Positions 1 through 64,000 of a stretch of 64,000 nt of DNA are shown here, piece by piece (position 1 is the first letter of the stretch; every line of letters starts with the position of its first letter). The DNA is from Euglena gracilis (taxonomy: Eukaryota), in NCBI GenBank assembly GCA_039621445.1, contig CP154954.1:44681847-44745846 (forward strand). Reading direction: 5' to 3'. Position numbers and translations under genes: made by a program. Under the pieces are notes generated by a model that ran no database searches, was not told where the DNA came from, and was given only the letters and a program-made list of their open reading frames with translations.

Positions 1-363
1 AATTTTGTTGCCAAAAAAAATCCATTTTCAGGACACAGCACACACTTTATTTTGGTCAATCAATTGTATTGTGGGCTCTCTGGTGCTTTTTGCGGGTGGG
101 GGTGGCACACAATAATAAAATAATAAAATAAACAAACAAATAAATAAATAAACGGCTAAAGAAATAAATAACAAAGTAAATGGATTAATAAATAAATAAA
201 GGGCCAGATTGACCCTGTAAAAGTACCAGCCAATTGGGATTTTTGTGCCGGCTGACCAACCTACATTGTGAAAGCAACGTCCTGGAGAAGGGCGTGTTTC
301 ATATTTTAGCCCTGTGGCAGACAACCCTCAGATATGCATGCACCCCTTGTGCATGTCCCTCAG

Positions 364-6542
<6,179 letters not shown>

Positions 6543-8857
6543 GCCCCGTGCCTTGCCGGGGGCGCCGCCGCCCCTCAACGGGGTGCAGGGCCTGCCTGCC
6601 CCCTGTTGTCGCCAGCGCCAGTCAGAGTGTGTTGGTGGCCCTCTGCGGGAACCGGGGCTGGCGGTGGACCCCGGCCGTGGGAGGGGGCTGCCCGGGAAGA
6701 TGTCGGTGGACTCTGTTGGTGCAGGAAGGCTTCTTGGATGGGTGGTTGATTTGGCACAAACCAGGGATTTTTTTTTCCAGTCTAGTGCATCCACCCCCCC
6801 GTGCACGCAAACCCAGAACTATTTTGTTTTGATGATTCTTGATGCTTCCCAGCTGCCCTGTTGCAAGGCGTTCCGATGTTGTTCCCTGTCGATTTCATTT
6901 TTGGTGCTCTTGTGATTCTTTCGCAGTATTGTCTGAACATTTTCTCTTTGCAAACAAGTAACCTCTTGGGGTTTTGCACCAGGTTTTGCCCCCCTCTTTT
7001 GCTTCCCAGCCCCACAGAGATGTTGGAGGGGTGCCAATCCCCCCCATCAGCAGCATACTCCGTGGTCGAGCATTATACCACTGCGTTTGTGATGGCCTCT
7101 CAAAGCCTGGTGCCCCCCCTCTGTCTGTACAGTCTAATGCGAAGGGGGGTCAGAGGTGGGTCAGCGCCCTTCCAGCAGGCACTGTGCGAGGGCCTGGTTG
7201 CATTTTGTCATTTTCCGGTGTGTCGTGTGTGTTGAGCATACGTCTCTTTAAGGTTTTGCAAACCCTCTCTCTCCGGGGGGGGGGGGGGGGCTGCCCCAAA
7301 TTTAACCCAGCCAACCTCAGCAGCACCCTCCCAGCAATTTGGGGGTTGCCCAAATTCCAACCCATTTTGAGAATCTTTCCTGTCTCTTTGCCTCATCGGG
7401 GAATGGCCAAAATTTGGTGATCTTTGCCCTCCAAGATACGACGCCGAGTTTCGTTTCTTCCGGGTTCGACCCAAGAAATAAAGAAGAACCCAAAGATACG
7501 CGAAACTCCTGGTCTTGTCAGATGCATTTCCTGTTGCCACACCAGGTTGTGTTCTGGAGGTTGGTTGACTGATCCACCCTCTTGCTTATTTTTGAAGATT
7601 TTGAAGACCAAAATTCGGTGGATTCTGAAGTCAATCACGAAAGGAGTTTATCTTCCAACACAGCAAAAAATGCAGTCAGGGACTGATTGTTAGAGAATTC
7701 TGCAAGTTGTTGTTGACATAGGGGATAAATAAGTATAGATGAAGATTTCCACCAGTTTCCAGTGGAGTTCCGTGGTTGTTACTCTGGCACAGACGCAGCA
7801 GAACTCGTGCAAAATTATGCGCACCAACCATTTCAAAACCAACAATGGCTTTTTGCGCCCCTGATTGAAGCTGGAGAACATGATGTGATGCAGTTTTGGT
7901 ACTTACTCCCTGTCTTATGTTCCTGTGGGTGCTGGACCACCTCCCCACGAACATTGTCGGGCGCGAACATTGTGGGCATCGGCAGTTGGGCAACTCGGCC
8001 GAAATTGGGCAACCCATTCTATCAGGTATTCAACTTTGACTCACCATTTATTTTGATGGTTCAGGGGTTCAAAAAGGCAGTTTTTCAAGGTGTAGGTGAA
8101 ATTGTTTTTCACCTGGTCTTTTAGACCAAGGATCAGGCGCAATACACTGGCTGAGAATGTGTGTAGCTGCTGATTTAAAATATTGGTAATCAGTGCAATA
8201 CCCCCTGACAAGGGGGTTTTGAAAACACGTTGACAAGAGAGTGCAAAAAATGAGCGAAATTCTGTTTTTGGCTGTCTGACCCCCGGGACTTTGATGGACT
8301 TTGTAAGTTGAAACCCCAGGGACCTTGCTGGCCCACACTGAAAAAAAACGCAAAAAAAGCGGCAAAGGAATGGGACCTTTACTGCCCTTGTTGCTTCTTT
8401 CGGCTATGTCCCCGGGTGTGCCCGAGCTGCCGGCGGTGTGCGTCCTGGGTGTTTGCCGGACTGCTTTGCTTGCGGCGCCTTGGTGTGGTGTTTTGGGGTT
8501 GTTTTCTAAAGCGCGGGGAGGAAGTGCCGGGGGGTGTGGATGTGGTGTGACCAAGCCGGCGAGAAGGGCATAGGGAAAGGGAGGTAAGTGCGGGGTGTTG
8601 GGCAAGGGAAGCGCAGGGGGGAAGAAATAGGGTCCGCAGGGAGTGGGGGTCGATTCCTGCCCGGGATGTGCCCCACCCACCATGGCTCCGCGCAAGGAAG
8701 AATTCTTTCAGCACCAAAGGGCCGAAAGAAAATTTTGGCATCAAATTCGAAGCTCCCAAAAAAAACACGGAAGGCCTGGGGGATGGTCTTACTTTCCACC
8801 CACCACCCATGTTATGCCACTCCCAGATGTCATCTTTAACCTTCCCCTAATCATGTG

Positions 8858-8919
<62 letters not shown>

Positions 8920-10715
8920 GTGTGTGTGTGTGTGTGTGTGTGTTGTGTGTGTGTGTGTGTTGCGTTTGTGTGTGTGTGTGTTGTGTGTTGTGTGTGTGTG
9001 TGTGTGTGTGTTGTGTGTGTATGTGTGTGCGTTGTGTGTGTGTGTGTGTGTTGTGTGTGTGTGTTGTGTGTGTGTGTGTGTGTGTGTGTGTTGTGTTGTG
9101 TGTGTGTTGTGTGTGTGTTGTGTGCGCGCGCGTGTGTGTGTGTGTGCGTGTTGTGTGTGTGTTGTGTGTGTTGTGTTGTGTGTGTGTGTGTTGTGTGTGT
9201 TGTGTGTGTTGTGTGTGTGTTGTGTGTGTGCGCGCGCGTGCGTGCGTGCGCATTATGTAACATGCACCCGGTGCCTGGCTCCGCAGTGGAGGCAGACGAG
9301 CCCGTGCCCCCGTGGCGATCCCCGCCACCGGGGCAGGGCCAGGGGGGTTGCCCCCTGCACCAGGGATAGATGGGAAGCCCTTCAGTTTTGAGGGAGGTGG
9401 TAGGGGTGGTCCCGACCCCCCACCGGGGGGCAAGGTAGGGGGCGGTCCGGACCAGGTGTTGGGAGGGGTGCCCAGACCCCCATCCCCCCCTCTTCAGCAG
9501 GTTCCAGAAATAGCAAAGAATTTTTTAGTGCACAGCGTCGGAAAATGAACAAAAAATGCATTTTTACTCACTTTTTGCGCATGTTGCCCATTTTTTGATA
9601 CGCTGGTGTTTTCCACATAAACTATATATTATATTAAAACAAAAGATTCAAATAATTTCGAAAATAAGCTTTTTCGGACGTATTTTCAAAGGGATTTTTG
9701 AATGGTTTTGGCCCGATTGTCAGCCCTTCGCCCATTCACAAAACCAAGGACTCTCTGGGCCCATGCCAATTTCGAGGTTGGAGGTTCTCCTCAATGCTTC
9801 TCATCTATCCCTGCCCTGCACTGTTGCTGTTGCTGCTGTCGCTGCACGTCCGCCACACGTTTGCACTGGTTGGGTCGGCGCATGCCCGTCCCCGCCCCGG
9901 GCCCCTCTGAGCCCCTGTCTTCCCACACGCTGGTGTTGGGCTGGGCCTCCTGTCAGCTGGGGGGAGGTCGGGATTGCCGAGGGCAGGGAAACACAAATGC
10001 CTTTCTGAGTGTTTTTTTTGCGGGTTTTTTTGTGTTTTTTGGTGCTTTTTTAAGGCGATTTTTTTTAATTTTTCCTGGAAATTTTTTAAATATAAAAATT
10101 TGCTGATTTGGCCCCAATTTTTCCCCGGAACCAAATTCTTGTCAATTCTTTGACATTTTCCCTTTTTTTTGCGGTCAACAAGTTGCATTTTTGGGACAAA
10201 AAATGAAGAATTTTTCCTGAACAAGCAAAAAAAAATGAATGCTCTAAGTCTAAGAAAAAGTGTACGGGAGCTCCTGAAGGATTTTACATGCAATTGAGAT
10301 TTTTTTATGCTATTTTTGCCTTCGTTTGCATCTTTTTTGCGTGTGTGCCCCCCCCCCCCCGCCGAGAGGTCCCCGGGCTGCGGCTACGCTCTGCCGAAAA
10401 GCCGTTGCCTCGCACGCCGCACCCTCGCCCCCCTCCTCCCTCCCCCTCCCCATGCTCCGCTGTGTGGCTCATATGGCGTCGAGAGGACCCCCTTCGGGCC
10501 CTCATATATGGCCACCCGGGCGTTGACCTCGTGTGTGGCCATCGGTGTGGTGCTGCGACCCTCGGGCGGCAGTGATCTGGGCAGGGTGCCTCTCCCAGCC
10601 TTGAAGGCCGTTCTTTTTTTTTGGATTGCCCACAGTTGTCCACCCACCATACACCTTACGCCTCTGAACCAACAACGGAATGGGCGAAACAGGTCACACG
10701 AACAAGGTTGGAGAC

Positions 10716-11223
10716 CAGGGCGGTGCTTAAGAAAATTTGACCCCCCCCCTGGGGGGTCCAGCCAGCCAGCCAGCCAGCAGCCTTTTTCCGGCCAACGGCC
10801 TTTTTTTGAGCCCCGGACCCCCCCCCCTCCCCCCAATCAACGGGATTTATTTATTTCCAGCTGCCCTTTGGGCGGCTGAACGGTGACAGATTTTTCGCTT
10901 TCGCGGGTTCAAAAATGGGCCAAAATGGGCAAAAAATGGACGAACATGGGTCAGAAAAAAGCTGTCCAGGACATTTTGGGGATCAAGGAACCAATTTTTT
11001 GTATAATTGGCAGATGTTTGCAACTAAAAGTTATAAATGTGCAATTAGATGTGCAATTATAAATTGCACATTTTTTGCAATTTTGATTTTTTATACCCGG
11101 TTTGACCCCGGGTCCGGCCCAGCTCCAGCCTGGGACCCCTATGGGGGGGGGGGTCAGCCAGCCTTTTTCCAGCCAGCCTCTGAGCTGGACCCCCCCCGCA
11201 GGGGATCCTTGAGCAACGCTCTG
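10716..11223. mobile_element. hAT-like MITE, family A (TIR CAGGGCGTTGCTTA-like)
   Basis: CAGGGCGGTGCTTAAG...CTTGAGCAACGCTCTG. TSD TTGGAGAC/TTGAAGAC (7/8). Confidence 0.85.
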
Positions 11224-11379
11224 TTGAAGACACCAGCCGTCCCCAATGCAATCACAGCACAGTTCAATGCAGAAGAGCAAGGGAAGCCTTTCACGCATTT
11301 CATGTATTGCACGACATAACCGGCACAATGACGCAATGGTGAACACAACGGTAGGCACGCCAGCACGCCGGTGTGCCTA

Positions 11380-11433
<54 letters not shown>

Positions 11434-11770
11434 CACAACACAACGCAACACACAACAGAACACAACCCACAACACAACGCAACACAACACAACACAACAG
11501 AACGCAACACAACACACAACGCAACACAACGCAACACAACACACAACGCGACACAATGCAACACAATACAACACACAACGCAACGCAACACAACACACAA
11601 CGCAACGCAACACAACACAACACGACACAACACGCAACACAACACAACACAACACACAACACAACACAACACAACACAACACAACACAACACAACACAAC
11701 ACACAACACGACACAACGCAACACAATGCAACACAATGACAACCTTGCTCACACACACAACACAACGACA
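11380..11770. repeat. (CA)n/(CAACA)n microsatellite
   Basis: Direct inspection. Confidence 0.95.
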
Positions 11771-11951
11771 CAATGCAACCTTGCTCTTGTTGTAGTTCAT
11801 CGCCGCCGGAGTCGACCGGGGGGACGCTGCGCAAATCCACCGCCCTGCTGGAGCGTTATCGTCCTGTGGCCCTCTCCCCCTCCATCAGGTATCGATGCCA
11901 TTCCTCCAGGCTTTTGCCCCATTTGCCCCCTCCCAGACATCCCTCACCCAA

Positions 11952-12340
11952 GGTAAAACCCCCCAAATTACACCGCCCCAAATAATACCCCCCCCCCTCG
12001 GGGTCCAACTTTGGCGACTGGGTTAATACCCCCCCCATTTTTGGGCCGACCCGGATTTTTGACCTGAAAATGTGGGGAAAATCACAATCTCTGACAACAA
12101 ATTACAAAAAAACATCGATTTTTCTGGATCATCTTGCCCCCAAAAATGCTAAATTTTATGAGAAAGGACAAAAAATGTCCCCAAAGGGGGGTTTGGGTGC
12201 TATTTTGGGTCCTACGAAACTTTGAAAAATTTCGAAATTTTTGGGGTGCTATTACCCCCCCAAATAATACCTCCCCTCGGGCCAGGACTTCGGGGGAAAA
12301 ATAATACCCCGGGAGGGGGTGTTATTAGAGGGGGGTTATC
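11952..12340. mobile_element. MITE family with C-run/AAATAATACCCC termini. Other copies at about 33325-33740 and 59628-59990.
   Basis: Inverted CCCCAAATAATACCCC / GGGGTATTATTTGGGG blocks and a shared interior. The copy at 33740 ends TTTACCGGG|TA. Confidence 0.7.
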
Positions 12341-12823
12341 GCGGAGCGCCCTCCCACCCCAAAGCATGGAATCGTCAGTTGGGCTTGGAAGGTCCCACCC
12401 CGCGTAAAGGGCATTCGAGCCAACCCTTCACCCGCAACGGAAACCACTCCGGCAGTTGTTTGGTGTTGGCGGGAAGGGCTCAAAAGCACTTGCTGCACCA
12501 CACCTGCACTGGGGGGATGGGTTATTCTTGTTGGGGAACCGCAGCCTTTTTTTGGCCAGCTCCATTTCTCGGCCGCCACCCCATCCCATTTCTTCAGAGC
12601 ATCAAGAACAACCGATCTCGGTGGGGGCCTCCGCCCTCCCCCGCTGAAGCCTGCACCAGTCCCCACTTTGCTCCCAATGTAACCCCCTCGCCCTCGTTTG
12701 TGTGCGTTGCCAGGGGAGGAGGCATCCACTCGGGCCTGCCCATCCGAAGCAAACTACCCCCCCTCTCCAGTGCTTTGCTAGCCTCCCAAAAGAATGTGGA
12801 TTCCAGTAATTTTGCGGACGTCC

Positions 12824-12867
<44 letters not shown>

Positions 12868-12872
<5 letters not shown>

Positions 12873-13140
12873 CATGCACATCACACAATTGGTGCCACTA
12901 GCGGGAAAGGTGTTCTTTCCAGCCCCCACCCCCCGCCCAGTCCGACCTTCTCAACCACCAACACGACCGCCGACCACCCGGCAGGAAGGCCCAAGGACGA
13001 CAGAAGCGTCAGGAGCAAAGGCCGGTGGGATCTCCTGTGATCAGCCCCAATCCCACCGGTCGGGGCGAAACGCACCAGCCGACTTCGACCGCCACACGAC
13101 CCAACAACCAGCTCCCCACCCATACCAATTTCCAAGAGAG
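12868..13140 (+). repeat. Direct duplication of about 273 bp (copy 2 at 14689-14967)
   Basis: The copies are near-identical, copy 2 has an extra AAGGAC, and both abut (GA)n. Confidence 0.95.
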
Positions 13141-13473
13141 GCGTCGCGCGCAAGCGTGGCCCCGCCGCTGAGCGGGGTTCTCCCCAGAATTGCGTGGAGT
13201 GGTTTTTAGCACCCCTATGCCTCCCCCCCAGCGCCCTCCCCGGGCTTCTTTCTCCTTCCCTCTGCAGTGGCATGCCTCTGCGCATGTCCCATGGCAAAGA
13301 GGCTGTTCTCAGCTGGCCGCCAAAGGATTTTTTTACCATTTTCGGGCATGGTGAAAAAGGTTGGGTTAAAGAATTTTTGAATCTTTCCCTCCAACTGCGT
13401 TTGTTTTTTCCGGCAGTGTTTCCTCCGGCCAGCAGGGAGCAGCCAACGTGCCTATCGGGGTTGTTTTGTCCCC

Positions 13474-13757
13474 CTCCCGACGTGTGTGTGTCCGCACGCA
13501 CCCACGCGGCCCCCCTCGGTACGTGCAGCGTGCGGTCCCTCGACAGCGTACTAGAGGGGTGTATGTTTCTTCTCCCGACGTGTGTGTGTCCGCACGCACC
13601 CACGCGGCCCCCCTCGGTCCGTGCAGCGTGCGGTCCCTCGTCAGCGTACTAGAGGGGTGTATGTTTCTCCTCCCGACGTGTGTGTGTCCGCACGCACCCA
13701 CGCGGCCCCCCTCGGTACGTGCAGCGTGCGGTCCCTCGACAGCGTACTAGAGGGGTG
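13474..13757. repeat. Tandem repeat, about 98 bp x3
   Basis: Unit CTCCCGACGTGTGTGTGTCCGCACGCACCCACGCGG...GCGTACTAGAGGGGTG, with few mismatches between copies. Confidence 0.95.
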
Positions 13758-13969
13758 AGTGTACGGCGGTTGGAGACCCGGAAAAGGCCTCCACCGCCCT
13801 TTGTTTCTCCCATGGGTCCCAAGCAGGAAACCGCGCCTCGGCCGGTCCCCTTCTTGGTGGGAAAGAGGCCTCTCCTCCCTCCAATTGGTTGCCCAGGCTG
13901 GGCCTCCGATTGCAGAAGGGCAGGCCTGTCAGCAACAGGTGCGTGCGCAGGTCCGGACTGGGTCCGAGG

Positions 13970-14393
13970 CAGGGAATTTCTTAAGCCGGAGGGTACCCTA
14001 CCCCCCGGGGGGGGGGGTCCAGCCAGCCAGCAGCTCAAATCCAGCCAGCAGCCCAAATTCGGGCTGGGAGCCCCCCCCCCCCCCGGGGTCGAGTGAAATA
14101 AAGTCGGGTCCAGCCCGGCCGGAGGCCGGGCCAGCCGGCCGAAGGCCGGCCCAGCCGGCCGCAGGCCGGCCAGCCAACTGGGCTGTCCAGCTCACCTATC
14201 CCTGCATTTTTCCCCCTCATCACAGCCCCTCCATCACAGCCCCCCAGCCCAGCCCCGGACCCCCCCCCCCCCCCCCCCACCCCCCCCTTGGGGGGGGGGG
14301 GGTCCAGCCAGCAGCTCAAATCCAGCCAGCAGCCTTTTTGCCAGCCGGAGGCTGGACCCCCCCCCCCCCGGGGGGTCCTTAAGAAATTCCCTG
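13970..14393. mobile_element. hAT-like MITE with a perfect 8-bp TSD GTCCGAGG
   Basis: Perfect 16-bp TIR CAGGGAATTTCTTAAG / CTTAAGAAATTCCCTG. TSD at 13962-13969 and 14394-14401. Confidence 0.93.
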
Positions 14394-15168
14394 GTCCGAG
14401 GAGCCTGCGCCTGCCCTTGCTGGGAGCGCTCAGGCTCAGCCTCAGGACCCCCCAAGGTCTGCACCTGCCCCCGAGGGGCCACCAGGCTTGGCCTTGGAGC
14501 ATTGAGACCGGGTCTGGTGCCCCGGGAGCCACGCCCAGACCCGGCCTCAGCCCATAATACGAGCAAGCCTGCCTCCCCATGAGTGTCCAGGCCTGGCCTT
14601 CAGGCTTCGTGAAAGACCGAGCCTGAAATGTGCCGAGGACTGGCCTCACTGCCCCATTTCCTCCCCTTCCCTTTCTACCCGACACTCCAGGCGCATGCAC
14701 ATCACACAATTGGTGCCACTAGCGGGAAAGGTGTTCTTTCCAGCCCCCACCCCCCGCCCAGTCCGACCTTCTCAACCACCAACACGACCGCCGACCACCC
14801 GGCAGGAAGGCCCAAGGACAAGGACGACAGAAGCGTCAGGAGCAAAGGCCGGTGGGATCTCCTGTGATCAGCCCCAATCCCACCGGTCGGGGCGAAACGC
14901 ACCAGCCGACTTCGACCGCCACACGACCCAGCAACCAGCTCCCCACCCATACCAATTTCCAAGAGAGAGAGAGAGAGAGAGAGTGTGTGTGTGCGTGTGT
15001 GTGTGTTGTATTGTGTGGCTTCGGGGTGTGTTGTGTTGTGTTGCGGTGTGTTGTGTTGTGTTGTGTTGCGTTGCGTTGTGTTGTGTTGTGGTGTGTTGTG
15101 TTGTGTTGTGTTGCGTGTGCGCGTGTGTGCGTGTGCGTGTGTGTGTGCATGTGTGTGTGTGTGTGTTG

Positions 15169-15221
<53 letters not shown>

Positions 15222-16479
15222 CGTGGCGGGTGTGACACAAAACATGGTGTGCGGTCGCGTGCTTGTGTGTTGTACCTCCGTCGCTTAAATTCCCCCTTGA
15301 AAGTCGGCATCCTCTGGTCGTTTGCATCATACCCCCCCTTTCAAGCAATGTGAACCAATTTTTCGCTCAGCTCCACAATGGCCATTTGTTCAAAGACGTA
15401 GGACACAGCTTGTCGGCATATTCCTAAAACATTGCCTCTTCTACCACCGAAGGAGGGTGGCGCACAAAAGGACCCTCTGTTTCACATCCAATTTTTTTTC
15501 CACCCAGGCCAAGCCAAGGGCCAGGGGGAGGGATTGGGCCACCCACACCACTCTGCCCGTGCTCTTTTGCAGAGCTCCAGGCCAGAGTAGAAGCCTGCCA
15601 AATTGCCGGTTTGAAAAGGAAACACCGCTTTGTCCCCCTCTCTGAGAAGCTACTGTTGTAAGGCAAAGGAAGAGTCCCCGCCACACCCCTGCTTAAAGGA
15701 AAATATTTTTTTTGCAAGGAGATGGGCTGAAGCTAGTCCAAAATCGGCCGGTGGTCTAGTTGACCCCAGGGGATCTCGAAGCAGCCCCACCCAGTGGAAG
15801 GTTTACCAGCCCTAAATTGCTGAACATCCCCGGGGGGGGGGGGGGGGGGGTGAGTAATTTACCGGGGGGGTCTGCTGATGGGTTTTGTTGGCATAGTTCG
15901 GTGAAATTATTATTACATCATTTTCTATTATCACATTGTTTCATGACATTATTTCCAGGGTCAGGGTTAATTGCTGTTCGGAAAACGGATTAGGGTTAGG
16001 GTTGGTTGGGTTAGGTTGGGCCTAAATTCGGCCTAAAGTTTATTCCGGAGGACGGCCGAAATCTTATCCCAAACCCCATGTCCTGACAAATAACCCTAAT
16101 TTTAACCCCGTCCCCGACAAATAGCCCAAACGCTAAACTTTATCTGGAGTTGGTTGGCCGTACCACACGTTTGCCCAGGTCATTTCCGGTGGGGAGCGCA
16201 AAAACACAGGCAATTTGCCTTTGGGCTTTGTTCCTTTGGGCAGGGGGGGTCGAACCAGGTTTTGAATAGTGCTGAGCTCTTAACGGGACTTGCAAGTAAT
16301 GGAAGGCCAAAAAGACTAATTTTGCAAATTTCTTGTAATTTGTAAATTATAAATTATGTGAAATTACAGCCTTGCAATTTACAGTGATTTTCAGTGATTT
16401 TACAATAATTTATAAACTGTTAATGAAATGTTAACCCCCCCATAAACCCCACACCCGTTTTATTGGGGTTTTTTTCGAC

Positions 16480-16960
16480 TTTTTTGACCTGAACTCCGTA
16501 GGTTTCGGGCCAAAAAAAAAACGGGGCGTCGGGTCGAAAAACGCTTATTTTTCGGCTCAAAGACAAGTTCTGCGCGTCCGGTAGGCCAAAAAACATCGTT
16601 TCGGGCAAAAAAAATTTCGCTTTTTTTCGACTTTTTTGACCTGTTTTTGACACAAAACAATGGGTGGGCGGCCCAAAACGGGGCGCTGGCGGGTCGAAAA
16701 ACTTTTTTTCGGCTCAAAAACAGTTTTTCCGGGTCCGGGAGGCCAAAAAACAACGTTTTGGGCAAAAAAAATTCGAATGTTTTCGACTTTTTGACCCGAA
16801 AATGACCCAAAGTCCACAGGATTCGGGCCAAAACGGGGGGCCGGAGGGTCAAAAAACGCTCCTTTTCGGCTCAAAATGACTTTTTCCAGGTCCGGGAGGC
16901 CAAAAAACATGATTTTGGGCCAATAAGTTTTTTTCGATTTTTTTTGGGGATTTTTTTCGA
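16480..16960. repeat. Degenerate tandem repeat of about 160-170 bp x3, probably internal to a MITE
   Basis: Recurring GGGTCGAAAAAC...TTCGGCTCAAA...GGCCAAAAAACA blocks. Confidence 0.7.
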
Positions 16961-18399
16961 CTTTATTGGCCGAAAACGGCTAAGTCTGACAGTGGAAAAA
17001 ATGTACAAAGTCTCCCAAATTGGCCGAAAACGGCCGTATCTCGGGCTGGGCGGGGAGTTGCAGGGAAATCAAAATACCTGTAGATAGGGCGTTCCAAGGG
17101 CTTCAATTTAGGTCTCCAGACATTTCCTTTGGTTTGCATCATTTTCGAGATATTTTGAAAATATCGATTTTTGGGCCTGAAATGGCAGAGTCCAAAGGGG
17201 GGGGGGGGGGTGCGACCCCCCCTTTTCCCCAGGGGTAAGCTTCGCTCTTACCCATAAAGGGATAAGAGCTCAGTGGCCCCCTCTTGTGCCTCCCCCCCCC
17301 AAAGGTAGACCCAGTAGTTTGCTGCGGGGAAGAATTCCAGTTGATTGACTTGAAGCTCTGGAAACGTTTCGGACCCCATGCCCCTGTCAGACAAGCCCAT
17401 TTTTCCTTTGGTGTATTTGGGAGCAAAGCGTCCACCAAGCATCCCCGACCCGACCCCAGGGGGCGATCCAGATTTTCTTTTGCGCTTCTTCCATCCCACA
17501 GCCCTCGCGCTTCTCTGTGCACCGTGGGCCGATGACGTGGGACGAGGGTCGTCCGCAAGCCCTGACCTCAGCCCTTCCAGCCCACGCAAGCGCCGCCCTC
17601 TTTGCCATCGCAACAGACATATAGTATTTTGGGGGGTCTGTATTGTCCAATTTTTTCCCAGCCATTTTTTCTGCCGATTTTGTAAGAACCAAGAACCAGT
17701 TTTATTTATTTGCCACATCCCCCCCCCCCGGTAGTACCGCTCCCGCCCACCAGAGGCTGACTCCCCCTTGGATGACAGGTTGCACGGAATTGCTGTCAGC
17801 GCCAATGCAAATATCCAATTTGTTTGCTGTATACTCACCAAAAAAACCAATGTTCAGCAAATATCAAAAAGTAAGCACCCCCTAAATAAATTTTTGAAGG
17901 AAATTTTTAGAGAATAGGCCCCTGAAATTGTGTAAATACCTGAAAAACGTGATTTTTTTCGGAGTTCTGAATTTTAATCCATCTTTCATGTGAGATAATG
18001 TCAATTTGAGAAACATCTTGTTCATTATGGAAAGTCCTGCTTTTGGACCCACGGGAAGGACTTGAAGTTTTCGGCAAGGATGGACACCCCCCAAAAAATT
18101 AGACCCCCTTGGGATTTTCTGCAACCGTCCCCAAAGCGGATCCGGGTGTTATTTTCGGGGTTTAGGCCCTCCCAAGTCACATGCAAACAAAGTGACGTTT
18201 AGACCACTGCCGATGAACGAACGCCAATCCCTTCTCACACGTTCAGCAATGCATCCATCCCTTGGCCGAGAACACGCACGCCCATTTGTGCACGCACATC
18301 CACGCAGCCCCTTCCCGGGGGGCCATCCCTCGCCATTTGGGGCGGCTCCAACAGTGGCAAGGCTGCCCCCCCCCCAGCCCCAGCCCCCCAGCGTTCCAG

Positions 18400-51805
<33,406 letters not shown>

Positions 51806-52388
51806 GCCTGGGATGGGAGGCCAACCACCCCACCCCTGAACCCAAAGCCCAAATTGCAGCCACTCTCGAAAGAGCCAGTAAACAACGGACAAAGCAAAAG
51901 CAAGCGAATGAACAAACAGGAGGGGCATTTGGCTTTCTTTCAGCAAACGCTGCTATGCTGGGATTCTCAAAATGTGTTTTCTTTTTAATTTGAACGCGGA
52001 GGAAGTTCGTCTGCTCAATTTTTTAAGCCGCTCCTGTGCGCATCCATAACACCAAACTTCAGCCACCCCTTCGCAAATAGCCCAACAGCTCCAACGATTT
52101 GGTTGCCAGCCAAATGCATTCAACTTCGCGCCAGGGGTATTGCCAAATTTTTGTAAATTGGCAGCTTCTCAAGTAGACACATTCTCTTTCGCATTTTCTC
52201 CAAAGCTGCTTTCTCTGAGCGCCTGCCCTCTCCAATGGCTTCTCTTCAGCCGTTGCATGTTCTTCAGCCGCCGCCGCAGCGCAATTCCATTCCTTTTTTT
52301 TGGGTTGTGTTGTTTTTTTTTCTTTTTCGGTGTTTGTTTTTTTTTTTTTTTCGGTTTGTTTTTTTTATTTTTCGGCTTCGGTGTGAAC

Positions 52389-64000
<11,612 letters not shown>

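Larger units (their letters stand above)
8406..17610 (+). other. Candidate low-complexity 5' exons of the ANK-ART-TPR gene (about 8406, 9280, 10467, 11797, 12870-13024, 14691-14851, 17522-17610). Structure and strand are not resolved.
   Basis: GC-rich islands bounded by CTG-N5/N3-CAG or AG/GT signals. The paralogue has a similar spread of about 11 kb of low-complexity exons upstream of its ankyrin exons. No recognisable domain. Confidence 0.3.

Noticed and set aside
7430-8200. Transposase ORF
   Set aside because: It looks like decayed coding DNA, but it has multiple stops and no identifiable catalytic motif.
10467-10570. CheD/deamidase-like motif ATRALTSCVAIG
   Set aside because: It is a short match in one of several open frames, with no supporting neighbouring exons.
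9280-11870. A separate minus-strand gene
   Set aside because: CAG/CTG intron ends are strand-symmetric and no coherent protein could be assembled. + strand 5' exons are at least as plausible.
13474-13757. CRISPR-like array
   Set aside because: Whole units repeat with no unique spacers, there are no cas genes, and the context is eukaryotic.

Overview
This is eukaryotic nuclear DNA, most likely from a euglenid (Euglena-like). Short GC-rich exons are scattered among (TG)n/(CA)n microsatellites and many MITEs, so almost all ORFs in the supplied track are artefacts. Manual splicing gives three + strand genes. (1) The 3' part of an FG-GAP/VCBS-repeat protein gene (364-6542). (2) A gene of at least 33 kb (about 18.4-51.8 kb, with a probable N-terminus back to about 8.4 kb) encoding ankyrin repeats, a degenerate ADP-ribosyltransferase(ART)-like domain and kinesin-light-chain-like TPRs. 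(3) The start of a tandem paralogue of gene 2 (about 52.4 kb to the window end). Most introns are euglenid nonconventional introns: no GT-AG, base-paired ends, geometry N3-CAG...CTG-N5. The main result is that the window holds about ten hAT-like MITEs with CAG...CTG termini, most with an 8-bp target-site duplication (TSD). Two of them (47675-47787 and 48029-48290) interrupt TPR coding sequence and are removed exactly by the N3+N5 (=8 nt) rule. Older introns show decayed TSDs, and one intron is absent from the paralogue. Together this looks like a MITE-to-nonconventional-intron life cycle. Also present are a Tc1-derived fold-back element, TA-targeting MITEs, two copies of a nested composite repeat of about 5 kb, and a 1.9-kb insert with regularly spaced hairpins. 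All exon calls are by eye with no transcript support.
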